Origin: Alphaproteobacteria bacterium
GTDB taxonomy: Bacteria > Pseudomonadota > Alphaproteobacteria > Rickettsiales > UBA998
Direction: 5' to 3'
Assembly: GCA_004293935.1 (NCBI GenBank)
Contig: RDZH01000011.1
Location: 13,831-77,830, forward strand
Length of the DNA: 64,000 nt
This document shows positions 38,999 to 48,337 of the stretch, one piece after another. The position numbers and the translations under genes are program-made. How positions within the stretch are numbered: position 1 is the stretch's first letter; each line of letters opens with the position of its first letter. The notes beneath the pieces were generated by a model that was not told the DNA's origin, made no database searches, and saw only the letters and a list, made by a program, of their open reading frames with translations.

Positions 38999-39505
38999 TT
39001 AAATAGATTGGCTCATAGAAAGAGAAACGGATGGGTCATCGACATGATGCCCCTTATTCGTATACAAGCCCTGCCGTGATTGTTCCTGCACCAATTCCGT
39101 GATGGCTTGTACAACACGTTGATTCACCTCACGCGCCACCAATAATCGTTTATGATTTTCTTGCATGATTTCATTAAAGATCATAATCAGCTCTTCCAGA
39201 TCATCGCGTTCATCATCATCAAGATTCAACCGCGCTTGTGGGCGACGTTGCAACACACGTTGTTGTTTTTCCAATGCATCCACTAACGAGCGTTTCTCTG
39301 GCTGCAATGCCCCCAAACGTTCATATTCCATGGATTCAAGCACATCCACTTCTTCTGCCAAAATTTGTGCCAACCGTGAAATGAGTAATTTCAGCACATC
39401 AAGATTAATATGATCGGGTTCATAATCACGTTGCGTCGCAAGAAGATATGCCTCCGCAGCACTATCTTTGGTTTGTACTTCTGCTTCCATCACATCATAA
39501 TCCAT
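38999..39505 (-). CDS. FlgN-like flagellar export chaperone (positional and weak sequence call)
   Basis: 168-aa acidic helical protein between the rod-binding protein and flgK. LISRLAQILAEEVDVLES...LQPEKRSLVDALE is FlgN-like. Confidence 0.4.
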   Translation of the reverse strand: MDYDVMEAEVQTKDSAAEAYLLATQRDYEPDHINLDVLKLLISRLAQILAEEVDVLESMEYERLGALQPEKRSLVDALEKQQRVLQRRPQARLNLDDDERDDLEELIMIFNEIMQENHKRLLVAREVNQRVVQAITELVQEQSRQGLYTNKGHHVDDPSVSLSMSQSI

Positions 39506-39507
39506 GA

Positions 39508-39999
39508 TTATTCTCCTTGTGTCTGTGCTTGTTTCTGTGCTTGTGTCTGTTCCATACGGAACTGTTGCGGTGTTGCCTGCTCCATTTGACGCAGAATATG
39601 ATCTTTCATCCCTATACCTCCTGATCTTGCAATTATCTTGCCATATTCCTCGATCATGAAGGATTGATAGACTTCTTCTGCATGTCCACCCCCAAATGTT
39701 TCATCTGGTTCAATCCCATCAAACATATGTTGCAGCATTTGTGAGAGAAACACCGCTTCAAAATCCTCAGCGGCGGCATTCAGTTTACGCTGATAGGCTT
39801 CTGCTTTTGCACGCTGCTTAGGGGATAGGGCTTTGCGATGTTCTTCGGGCATGGTGAACTGCATCGCACGCGGTTTTTTGGCTATGGTGGGATGGGAGTG
39901 CGCTGCCTCTTTCCCTAGCTCAAGAGCCGCATGGGTGCGCTTGCTCATCATCGGCATTGTCGCGTGAATCGAAGGTGTGGTGAGGGAAGATTCCGTCAT
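39508..39999 (-). CDS. flgJ: Flagellar rod-binding protein (FlgJ N-terminal domain / CheL-like)
   Basis: AAEDFEAVFLSQMLQHMF...EVYQSFMIEEYGKIIARSGGIGMKDHILRQM matches the Rod-binding family. No muramidase domain. Confidence 0.7.
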   Translation of the reverse strand: MTESSLTTPSIHATMPMMSKRTHAALELGKEAAHSHPTIAKKPRAMQFTMPEEHRKALSPKQRAKAEAYQRKLNAAAEDFEAVFLSQMLQHMFDGIEPDETFGGGHAEEVYQSFMIEEYGKIIARSGGIGMKDHILRQMEQATPQQFRMEQTQAQKQAQTQGE

Positions 40000-40001
40000 G
40001 A

Positions 40002-41132
40002 TTATCTCGTTTGTATCTCAGCTTGCATCGCGCCCGATGCTTTGATGTTTTGCAAAATCGTAATCAGATCACGCGGCCCAACTCCGAGTGCGTTGAGTCC
40101 CGCCACTAAATCACGCAATGTTGCATTGCCTTGCAGCATCGCCACACGCTGCTCCGCCCCTTCATCCACAACAATATCAGTACGTGGGACAACGGTTGTC
40201 TCTGCTCCCGGAGGCGCAAATGCTCCCGGTTGAATCACATCAGGACGTTCAATCACACGCACGATAAGATTGCCTTGTGCCACTGCCACCGTATCAATGC
40301 GTACATTTTCACCCATGACGATTGTACCCGTTGCTTCATCAATAACAATACGTGCCGGTTGATCCGTATCAATTTCCATCTGTTCAATATCGGCAAGCAA
40401 CATCGCCACATCGCCCTCATAAGAACCGGGAATACGCACCGCCACAGTTCCCGGATCAGATACGCTTGCAGTGTTTGGCCCCACTCGTGCATTAATCGCT
40501 TGCGCAATGTTGGATGCGGTGGAAATATCCGGATTCATCAAAGCAAGACGCACGGCGGATTTATTATTCAATTCAAAATCAATTTCACGCTCGATAATAC
40601 CGCCATTAGCAATATGCCCATTCGTGGGAACGCCTTTCGTCACAGTTGTGCCAGACTGCCCGCCTGCTTCAAAACCACCCACCGCAATCGGTCCTTGTGC
40701 GACGGCATACACATTACCATCAGCACCATAAAGCGGAGTCGCAAGCAATGTTCCCCCAAGCAAACTACGTGCATCACCCATCGCACCCACAGAAACATCG
40801 AGGCGACTGCCTGTACGTGCAAAACCCGGCAACGTCGCCGTCACCGTCACCGCAGCGACGTTACGCGTCCGCAGATTCGTTCCGCGTGTATTCACCCCCT
40901 GACGCTCCAAGAAGGCAATCAAACTTTGTTCAGTGAACGCATTATTCCGCAATCGATCGCCCGTGCCATTCAATCCGACAACCAAGCCATAACCCATTAA
41001 AATATTATCGCGCACACCTTCTACGGATACCACATCCTTGATGCGCGCAGCATTCGCGTGGGATGATAACATCATCACACTCACGACAAACATCATAATA
41101 ATACGGGATAGATACGAATAAAAAACAGGCAT
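40002..41132 (-). CDS. flgI: Flagellar P-ring protein FlgI
   Basis: Signal peptide ending HANA, then ARIKDVVSVEGVRDN, GLVVGLNGTGD, and C-terminal LQNIKASGAMQAEI. ATG at 41132 follows GAGGAA. The track start at 41174 is a TTG inside the sigma-54 promoter. Confidence 0.9.
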   Translation of the reverse strand: MPVFYSYLSRIIMMFVVSVMMLSSHANAARIKDVVSVEGVRDNILMGYGLVVGLNGTGDRLRNNAFTEQSLIAFLERQGVNTRGTNLRTRNVAAVTVTATLPGFARTGSRLDVSVGAMGDARSLLGGTLLATPLYGADGNVYAVAQGPIAVGGFEAGGQSGTTVTKGVPTNGHIANGGIIEREIDFELNNKSAVRLALMNPDISTASNIAQAINARVGPNTASVSDPGTVAVRIPGSYEGDVAMLLADIEQMEIDTDQPARIVIDEATGTIVMGENVRIDTVAVAQGNLIVRVIERPDVIQPGAFAPPGAETTVVPRTDIVVDEGAEQRVAMLQGNATLRDLVAGLNALGVGPRDLITILQNIKASGAMQAEIQTR

Positions 41133-41156
41133 GGTTATGTTCCTCATGCCATTACT

Positions 41157-41174
41157 ATGCAACCATCGTGCCAA
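41157..41174 (-). promoter_or_regulatory. Sigma-54 (RpoN) -24/-12 promoter upstream of flgI
   Basis: Minus strand reads TTGGCACGATGGTTGCAT, i.e. TGGCACG-N4-TTGCA with exact consensus spacing. The predicted start site is about 15 nt before the flgI ATG and its SD. Confidence 0.65.
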
Positions 41175-41413
41175 ATGAGCTTAGAACCTGCCACGAATCT
41201 CTCTCTTATGGTCTGCAAATGGCGGTTTTTTGTGCTTCCGCTACTCATGTACTTCTATGTACACTCCGTTGCGGTTCTCAAAAACCACCATTTTCGCCTC
41301 ATAATAAAAAGATTCGGGACGGGTTCTTATCCATAGCGTATCCCATAGGTGTTCTTCAAAAAAAGAACAACCTACGGGAACACACTAAGAGTGCTTACGC
41401 ACTATAGAGACGC

Positions 41414-42163
41414 TTAGAGCGAAGGAACTGGCTTAATCGCGTGAATGCGATAGTCCGTTTTGTTCCACGAAAGCGCAAACGCGATTTGAACGTAATCCAC
41501 TTTCACTTGCATTCCAGACTTCAACCACTCGACCGAGCAGTTATAAAGCCCTTCATCCGTGATGGACATCTCGACAAACTTGTTGCCTGAGCTGCCCTCT
41601 TGGAGGATGACTTCCCACGTTTTGACACCGCTAAACGTCCCTTTATAAGACGTTTTGACGATACGACCAACGCGAGAGCCTCCCGAGTATTGAACACCGC
41701 CCTTCACAGGAAGTATCGCACATGCTTTCGCAGGAGTACGCGTCACAGGCGCAATTTCTTGCGCCATGTACGTTGTGTCATACAGCACCGATCCGACCGA
41801 AGCCTGATTATAGCGAATCCAGACATACTCCCCAATATACGGGGTGAACTTTGCTGAATCCGCCACATCCGAGCTAAAATGCCACGGATTGAGGGTTTTA
41901 ACCTCATCCTTAGAGACACGTATGCTGAACGGCGTGGAATCGGCACCCAACATCATCGTTCCCTCGCCGGACTTTTTGAAAAGCCCTTTGACGGAAAACT
42001 TGCTGAGCTGACCCATGCGATAGCCCTCAGAAAATGTTCCAAGACCTGCAACTTTCTCTCCTCGTTCATTGACGGAACTGCCACATCCACTTAAGGATGC
42101 CAACAATACCAAACCAACCAACGAAAAAACCAAACCAGTTTTGCCCGCTTTAATCGAAGACAT
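41414..42163 (-). CDS. Hypothetical lipoprotein with an internal duplication
   Basis: Lipobox LLASLSGCGS after MSSIKAGKTGLVFSLVGLV. Two related segments (GYRMGQLSKFSVKGLF.. and GSRVGRIVKTSYKGTF..). Lacks FlgH motifs. Confidence 0.6.
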   Translation of the reverse strand: MSSIKAGKTGLVFSLVGLVLLASLSGCGSSVNERGEKVAGLGTFSEGYRMGQLSKFSVKGLFKKSGEGTMMLGADSTPFSIRVSKDEVKTLNPWHFSSDVADSAKFTPYIGEYVWIRYNQASVGSVLYDTTYMAQEIAPVTRTPAKACAILPVKGGVQYSGGSRVGRIVKTSYKGTFSGVKTWEVILQEGSSGNKFVEMSITDEGLYNCSVEWLKSGMQVKVDYVQIAFALSWNKTDYRIHAIKPVPSL

Positions 42164-42385
42164 GATCGTTTTGTGCCAATTTAGGACTTTTTGTTTTTTG
42201 AACAATCCCAACCTTTAGGGCTTTTTTAGACCAAAGTGTTTATAAAAAACACAGAGTATCTATAAAAAACAGGGTACTTCATCATGAGAAGAAGTATAAA
42301 GTAGGGAAGATTCGTTAATAGCCGATTACCTTTCACAAGTCAATAGAAAAAATCCGCTATTGCATAATGATGTCATCCATTCTAT

Positions 42386-45300
42386 ATGATGATCATGGAA
42401 CATATGAAGTGGGAAGGAGAGATACTGCATGGCGTGACCGAAGGCGCGCAACCGCTTGCAGTGCGTCATTTATTGGCACGCGCCGTTAAACCCTGCCTCT
42501 ATATCACGCATCATGATAAGCATTTAAGTCGGTTTATCGCGTGTGCGCCGTTTTTCTTGCCTCATATAGAGGTGATTGCTTTTCCTGCATGGGATTGCCT
42601 GCCCTATGATCGCGCCTCGGTGCGCCGTACCATTACGGCAGCGCGGGTGAGTGCTTTGACACGCATCCTTGAATTATCCCAGCAATCCATCCCGTTTGTG
42701 GTCGCAACAACTGTCAATGCGTGGATGCAACGCGTGCCACCTGTAGCGAATTTTCGTGGCACATCCACACATATGCACGTCAAAGGGCGTTATGATCGCG
42801 ATGCCTTAATGCGCACCCTAGAAGGCTATGGCTATCGTCGCGTTGCCAAAGTCATGGAGGCAGGAGAATATGCCCTGCGTGGAAGCGTCATGGATATATT
42901 TCCTGCCAGTAGCAACCTGCCCTACCGCCTCGATTGGTTTGATGATGATGTGGAATCGATGCGCCTTTTTGATCCGCTCACACAACGTAGCGGTGAGAGC
43001 ATGGAGCATTGCACCCTATGCCCCACCAGTGAATTAGTGCTAACTCCTGAAAAAATCGCCCTATTCCGCACACGTTACCGCGAAGCATTTGGTGCGCCAC
43101 ACCGCGATGACGCGCTCTATCATAGCGTATCCGAAGGCAATGATTATGCTGGTATGGAACATTGGTTGCCGATGTTTTATGACTCCATGGATACCTTGCA
43201 TGATTATGTTGGGGATGCACATTTATGCCTTGATCATGGCTTATTAGAGACGTGCGCACAACGCGCCGAGAATATTGTCGAATATTATCACGCACGCCGC
43301 AATGATGCTGGAAAAAAACAAAGCTCGATCTATCATCCCATTACGCCTGAAAGTTTCTTTTTGCATGAACGTTGGGAGCTACGCCTAGAGCGTCATAACG
43401 CGGTATTATGCACACCATTCGATGCAGCAGATCAGCAAGATTCCTTAAAGACTCGCCCCGCAAAAAATCTCTTTACCCTCGCACTTAGCCAAAAAATCAC
43501 GCCCTTTGACATGCTTAACCAAGAATTGATGCAGCAAGCCCGCCCCATTCTTTTAGCAGCACAATCAACGGGAAGTGCGGAGCGACTCGCCACAGTGCTG
43601 AGGGAACAGCATGTCGCAGCACCGCAGCGTATCTCTCATTATGATGAGATGAAGCGTACCAAGGGGGGATTATTCTTGAGTGTCCTACCTCTTGCGGGGG
43701 GCTATGCAACATCGGAATGCCTCATCTATTCAGAAAGCGATATGTTAGGGCAACGCATCATCCCAGCGCGGCGCAAAACCAAGCCTTCCGAAGCATTTTT
43801 AGCGGAGCTTTCCGCCTTTGATGTTGGTGAATTATTGGTGCATCGTGATCATGGGATAGGAAAATTTGATGGGCTTGAAACGCTCAGCATTAATGATCAT
43901 CAGCATGATTGCATTAAGCTCGTCTATCGTGATAATGATCGCTTATTTGTTCCCGTGGAGAATCTTGAACTACTCACCCGTCATGGCTCAGATATGGGCG
44001 ATGTGGAGCTGGATAAGCTCGGTGCAGGCAGTTGGCAGATGCGCAAAGCCAACTATAAGGAAAAATTACGCCTCACGGCAGAAGCGTTGCTGAAAACCGC
44101 AGCTCTACGCGAATTGCTGCACGCTGACGCACTGCACTGCCCTGAAGAAATTTATCAAAACTTCGTAAACCGCTTTCCCTATGAAGAAACAGAAGATCAA
44201 TTAAACGCCATTGATGATGTATTGCAAGATTTGGGGGGAACAAAACCCATGGATCGCTTGATTTGTGGGGATGTCGGCTTTGGTAAAACTGAAGTAGCAT
44301 TGCGTGCAGCTTTTGTTGCGGCAACCGATGCCGTGCGCCCGCAACAAGTGGCGTTTATTGCCCCCACTACCCTACTTGCACGCCAACATTATCATACCTT
44401 CAAAGAACGCTTTGCTGATACAGGGTTGGAAGTCGCACAATTATCACGTATGTGCAGTGCTGCAGAAGCCAAACGAGTGCGCGAAAAAATCGCTGATGGC
44501 ACGCTGGATATTGTTATCGGCACGCACGCCTTGCTTTCAGAACAAGTGAAATTCAAGCGACTTGGCTTAATGATCGTCGATGAAGAACAACGGTTTGGTG
44601 TGAAACAAAAAGAGCAACTCAAAAATATGCGTGCGAATATGCATATCCTCACCATGTCGGCTACCCCTATTCCACGTACATTGCAAATGTCGCTTACAGG
44701 GGTGCGCGATTTAAGCCTGATCACTACGCCACCGATGGATCGCTTGAGCATACGCTCCTTCGTGATGCCCTTTGATGCCGTGGTCATGCGTGAAGCCATC
44801 ATGCGGGAATTGCACCGAGGCGGGCAGGTGTTTTATGTCGCACCGCGTATTGCTGATTTGCCCGAACTTACCCATAAAATCCGTGAACTTGTTCCTGAGG
44901 CACGGCTTGCCGTTGCCCATGGTCAAATGCCCACCGCTGAGCTTGAACGCATCATGAATGCGTTTTACGATGGCAGTTATGATATTTTGCTTGCTACCAC
45001 CATCATTGAATCGGGGATTGATGTTCCCAATGCCAATACAATGATCATCCACCGCTCTGATCGTTTTGGACTAGCGCAACTTTATCAATTACGCGGGCGT
45101 GTAGGACGTGGCAAAGTGCGTGCCTATGCCTATTTTACCCTGCCCTATCATGGTGCGATGAGCAAGCAGGCGGTGAAACGTCTTGAGGTGATGCAATCAC
45201 TTGATACGCTTGGTGCGGGATTCACCCTTGCGAGCCATGATATGGATATTCGTGGATTTGGCAATTTAGTGGGGGAAGAACAATCGGGGCATGTCAAGGA

Positions 45301-45835
45301 TATTGGCATTGAACTTTATCAACAGATGCTTAGCGATGCTGTGCGCCTTGCACGTGCCACCAACGCGCATGAAGTGATTGTTGCGGAAGATGATTGGTCA
45401 CCGCAGTTGAATCTTGGTTTATCCATCATGATCCCTGAATCCTATGTCGATGATTTATCGCTACGTTTGAGTTTATATCGTCGTGCAGCAACGCTCACCA
45501 CCAGTGATGAAGTGGAAGCCTTTGCAGCAGAACTCATTGATCGCTTTGGAGCAATCCCTGAAGCAACGCAGCATTTATTCACGACTTTGAAACTCAAACA
45601 TCAATGCAAAAATGCGGGTATTTCGCGTATTGATACTGGTCCTAAGGGTGCAGTCGTGCATATGCATCATAGCTCCGTGCGCAATCCGCAAGCCTTGATC
45701 GGCTATATCGCCAAGCATGGGGATAAAATGAAATTGCGCGCTGATCAGAGCATCTTTTACGCTGCATCATGGGATCATGATGCTGCTAAATTAGCAGATA
45801 TTCGCCAATTAGTGAGCAATATTGCTGCGCTCTAA
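42386..45835 (+). CDS. mfd: Transcription-repair coupling factor
   Basis: 1149 aa. CarD-like segment GELLVHRDHGIGKF. Helicase motifs GDVGFGKTEVALRAAF, DEEQRFGV, TATPIPRT. TRG motif region and C-terminal D7-like domain. Confidence 0.93.
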   Translation: MMIMEHMKWEGEILHGVTEGAQPLAVRHLLARAVKPCLYITHHDKHLSRFIACAPFFLPHIEVIAFPAWDCLPYDRASVRRTITAARVSALTRILELSQQSIPFVVATTVNAWMQRVPPVANFRGTSTHMHVKGRYDRDALMRTLEGYGYRRVAKVMEAGEYALRGSVMDIFPASSNLPYRLDWFDDDVESMRLFDPLTQRSGESMEHCTLCPTSELVLTPEKIALFRTRYREAFGAPHRDDALYHSVSEGNDYAGMEHWLPMFYDSMDTLHDYVGDAHLCLDHGLLETCAQRAENIVEYYHARRNDAGKKQSSIYHPITPESFFLHERWELRLERHNAVLCTPFDAADQQDSLKTRPAKNLFTLALSQKITPFDMLNQELMQQARPILLAAQSTGSAERLATVLREQHVAAPQRISHYDEMKRTKGGLFLSVLPLAGGYATSECLIYSESDMLGQRIIPARRKTKPSEAFLAELSAFDVGELLVHRDHGIGKFDGLETLSINDHQHDCIKLVYRDNDRLFVPVENLELLTRHGSDMGDVELDKLGAGSWQMRKANYKEKLRLTAEALLKTAALRELLHADALHCPEEIYQNFVNRFPYEETEDQLNAIDDVLQDLGGTKPMDRLICGDVGFGKTEVALRAAFVAATDAVRPQQVAFIAPTTLLARQHYHTFKERFADTGLEVAQLSRMCSAAEAKRVREKIADGTLDIVIGTHALLSEQVKFKRLGLMIVDEEQRFGVKQKEQLKNMRANMHILTMSATPIPRTLQMSLTGVRDLSLITTPPMDRLSIRSFVMPFDAVVMREAIMRELHRGGQVFYVAPRIADLPELTHKIRELVPEARLAVAHGQMPTAELERIMNAFYDGSYDILLATTIIESGIDVPNANTMIIHRSDRFGLAQLYQLRGRVGRGKVRAYAYFTLPYHGAMSKQAVKRLEVMQSLDTLGAGFTLASHDMDIRGFGNLVGEEQSGHVKDIGIELYQQMLSDAVRLARATNAHEVIVAEDDWSPQLNLGLSIMIPESYVDDLSLRLSLYRRAATLTTSDEVEAFAAELIDRFGAIPEATQHLFTTLKLKHQCKNAGISRIDTGPKGAVVHMHHSSVRNPQALIGYIAKHGDKMKLRADQSIFYAASWDHDAAKLADIRQLVSNIAAL

Positions 45836-45846
45836 CCTATCTTCTT

Positions 45847-45873
45847 GTCATGCCTGCGTAGGCAGGCATCCAG
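45847..45873. repeat. Short palindromic intergenic repeat (family 1, GC-variant)
   Basis: GTCATGCCTGCGTAGGCAGGCATCCAG, 12 nt after the mfd stop. Confidence 0.85.
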
Positions 45874-45885
45874 TCAAAAGCGTTA

Positions 45886-45915
45886 TTCTGGATACCAGCC
45901 TTCGCTGGTATGACG
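45886..45915. repeat. Short palindromic intergenic repeat (family 1, AT-variant), inverted relative to the neighbouring copy
   Basis: TTCTGGATACCAGCCTTCGCTGGTATGACG. Together with 45847-45873 it forms a composite inverted pair (GTCAT...CCAG / CTGG...ATGAC). Confidence 0.85.
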
Positions 45916-45929
45916 CGCTACTTAGCAAC

Positions 45930-48326
45930 CTAATTCTTCAAAGGTTTATTATAATCCAGCATATATTGAATACGCGCACGGGTAGCTTCGGTGCGCATCA
46001 AACGCATAAAATGTTCAAGCTCTAAATCCAATAGATCCTGCTCACTCACTTCATCACGAAGATCAACCGCTCCACCGCTGAGGACTTCCGCAAGGTGCGT
46101 TCCCACCACCACATCATGCGGTGACGCTTTGCCCGTAAGTGCGAATGATTCCAGCCCCATCAACAAGGCAAGTTTGCCGCTTTCTCCTGCTACATGGAAG
46201 GTGCGTGGCTGTGGTGGCGCATAATCCTCTGCAAGGCTGAGTGCCAATGCTTTTGCATCAGGAAGCAAGCGTGTGCGGTTCATGCTGATACGGCTCGCTT
46301 TGTTCAGCAACAACATATCACGCGCTTCTTCTGCAGATGCAGCCACTTTCGCGGTCACAATATATTCATAGGTTTTGCTGAGTGCAGGCATCACACCTGC
46401 GGGCATGATCATTTCGGGACTTTTGCCTTGCGCAATGGCTGCTGCTGCATCTTCTGCCGCGTGCATGTGTCGCCATAATAGCTCTTTACATCCACCCCAT
46501 CCCGGAACTAAACCTACGCCAATTTCCACTAACCCCGGATAGGTTTCCATATGTGCTTGTACGGCATCACAGTGCAGCATCAACTCACACCCTCCACCGA
46601 GTGCCATACCGCCTACGGCTGCTACCACAGGAATCGGCGCGTATTTTAACGCCATATTGATCTTATGCCCACGGCGGATGACCCCTGCGATCAAATCCCA
46701 CGATGCCATATTGGCTAAGAACATCACAAAACCAAGATTTGCTCCTAACGAGAATTTTTCAGCATCCGATCCGATCACGAGGGCGCGAAAATCTTTGACG
46801 CTACGCTCAAGCGCACGCTCCATAATCTCTTGCGCCGTATCATCAATGGTGTTCATCTTGGTGGTAAGCTCAAGGCACGCAACGCCGTCCCCCAAATCCC
46901 AAACATTCCCCCCCGCATTGCTAAGGATAGGTTTTGTGCCACGAGTTTTATCCGCCAATGTCCATTTATGCGGGTGCGTTGGGATAGGATCATAGCTCCC
47001 CAACGATGTGCGCATAGTACGCCCCAACGGCGTTATTTGATAAAATGCTCCCTCCGTTCCCTCCAGCAATGCAGGTACAGAGAGTCCCATCTCACGGCAC
47101 GCATCGCGTAGCCATGCCCGCCCCGATTGTTGGGGTGTGGATAATGTATCAATCAACTCAAACGGTCCATATTTCCATGCAAACCCAAGGTGCATTGCTT
47201 CATCAATGGAACGAATATCATCAGATATTTCAGGCACTAAGGATGCAGCATAATGCAAGGTCTGCACCAGCACACGCTTGGCAAATTGCCCGCCAATATC
47301 GGGATGACTTACAAGAGCGTGCAGACCTGCTTTGGCATTGCTTACACTCTCAAGCGTGCTTTTGCCCTCCACCGCATACGCCCCTGTGATGAGGTTTTTC
47401 ACCATCTTCACCTTCTTGCCGCCTTCATTGCTTATGCAGTAAAAGCCACCCTTGCCTTTGCGTCCCGTATAACCATCACTAATCATCGAACGGATCAGGT
47501 CTGGCTCATGATATAGCGTTCTAAAGCGATCCTCCGCAGGGAGTGTCTGCAACATGGCGGTGGCAATACGCGGCATCAGATCAATGCCTATCAGATCAAA
47601 TAAGCCGAATAATGCCGTGCTGGGAATGCCAATCGGTTTACCCATGACAGCATCCGCATCTTCAACGCGAATCCCCAATGCCAAGGCTTCATATAAGCCA
47701 ACCAACATCCAGAATATACCGATACGGTTCGCCAAAAAGCCGGGCGTATCTTTGCAATGCACCACACCCTTGCCCAAATGTACATCAGAAAATTGTTCAA
47801 TGCGTTGCAGATGCGTCGGATCACAGTGCGTTCCGCCCGTGACTTCTAACAAGGGCAGAAAACGCGGTGGATTGAAAAAATGCGTAATCATGAAATCACG
47901 TTGAAACTGATCGGGCATTCCATTAATCAACACATGCAACGGGATGGTTGAAGTGTTTGATGAAACAACGCTTCCCTTTTTACGATGTGCATCCACTTGG
48001 GCATAGACCTTTTGCTTGACCGCAATATCTTCAAGCACCGCTTCAATGATCCAATCGCACTGTGCCAACACCCCTAAATCATCCTCCAGATTCCCAGCTA
48101 TGACGCGCTTGACATTGCGTTTATGGGTGAAGCCACTTGCAGGCTTGGCATCGATCTGTTTTTGTATCCCGCTTTGTGCGAGTACATTACGATCAGTTGC
48201 ACCAGCGGGAACAATATCCAGCAAATAAACCGTGCAACCCGCATTGGCAAGCAAGGCAGCAATGGCAGCACCCATCACGCCTGAACCAAGCACTGCTGCG
48301 GTAGATATGGGGAGAGATTCAGTCAT
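45930..48326 (-). CDS. fadN: Bifunctional 3-hydroxyacyl-CoA dehydrogenase / enoyl-CoA hydratase (FadN-type domain order)
   Basis: N-terminal Rossmann AAVLGSGVMGAAIAALLANAG and the 3HCDH domain. C-terminal crotonase fold (PVVAAVGGMALGGGCELMLHCD). 798 aa. Confidence 0.85.
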   Translation of the reverse strand: MTESLPISTAAVLGSGVMGAAIAALLANAGCTVYLLDIVPAGATDRNVLAQSGIQKQIDAKPASGFTHKRNVKRVIAGNLEDDLGVLAQCDWIIEAVLEDIAVKQKVYAQVDAHRKKGSVVSSNTSTIPLHVLINGMPDQFQRDFMITHFFNPPRFLPLLEVTGGTHCDPTHLQRIEQFSDVHLGKGVVHCKDTPGFLANRIGIFWMLVGLYEALALGIRVEDADAVMGKPIGIPSTALFGLFDLIGIDLMPRIATAMLQTLPAEDRFRTLYHEPDLIRSMISDGYTGRKGKGGFYCISNEGGKKVKMVKNLITGAYAVEGKSTLESVSNAKAGLHALVSHPDIGGQFAKRVLVQTLHYAASLVPEISDDIRSIDEAMHLGFAWKYGPFELIDTLSTPQQSGRAWLRDACREMGLSVPALLEGTEGAFYQITPLGRTMRTSLGSYDPIPTHPHKWTLADKTRGTKPILSNAGGNVWDLGDGVACLELTTKMNTIDDTAQEIMERALERSVKDFRALVIGSDAEKFSLGANLGFVMFLANMASWDLIAGVIRRGHKINMALKYAPIPVVAAVGGMALGGGCELMLHCDAVQAHMETYPGLVEIGVGLVPGWGGCKELLWRHMHAAEDAAAAIAQGKSPEMIMPAGVMPALSKTYEYIVTAKVAASAEEARDMLLLNKASRISMNRTRLLPDAKALALSLAEDYAPPQPRTFHVAGESGKLALLMGLESFALTGKASPHDVVVGTHLAEVLSGGAVDLRDEVSEQDLLDLELEHFMRLMRTEATRARIQYMLDYNKPLKN

Positions 48327-48337
48327 AATGATGTTCC

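Noticed and set aside
40131-41000. 289-aa plus-strand ORF antisense to flgI
   Set aside because: The translation is His/Arg/Cys/Thr/Ile-rich nonsense, while the opposite strand encodes an unmistakable FlgI.
41175-41413. Possible ncRNA (tmRNA, RNase P or 6S-like) or the 79-aa ORF 41168-41407 in the gap between the lipoprotein gene and flgI
   Set aside because: I could not fold any tRNA-like end, tag-coding frame or conserved ncRNA core. The ORF has no SD and an odd composition. The region is better explained as the upstream (enhancer/IHF) region of the sigma-54 promoter, though that too is unproven.
41414-42211. Calling the lipoprotein upstream of flgI as FlgH (L-ring)
   Set aside because: It lacks the conserved FlgH blocks, such as the LF-D-RA...GD-TV and VRP-DI regions. 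Only size, lipobox and position agree.
45822-46025. 67-aa ORF across the mfd/fadN intergenic region (also 12665-12931 at the envZ/lpdA junction)
   Set aside because: These are read-throughs of family-1 palindromic repeats plus antisense of the neighbouring gene. This is the kind of spurious ORF these repeats generate.
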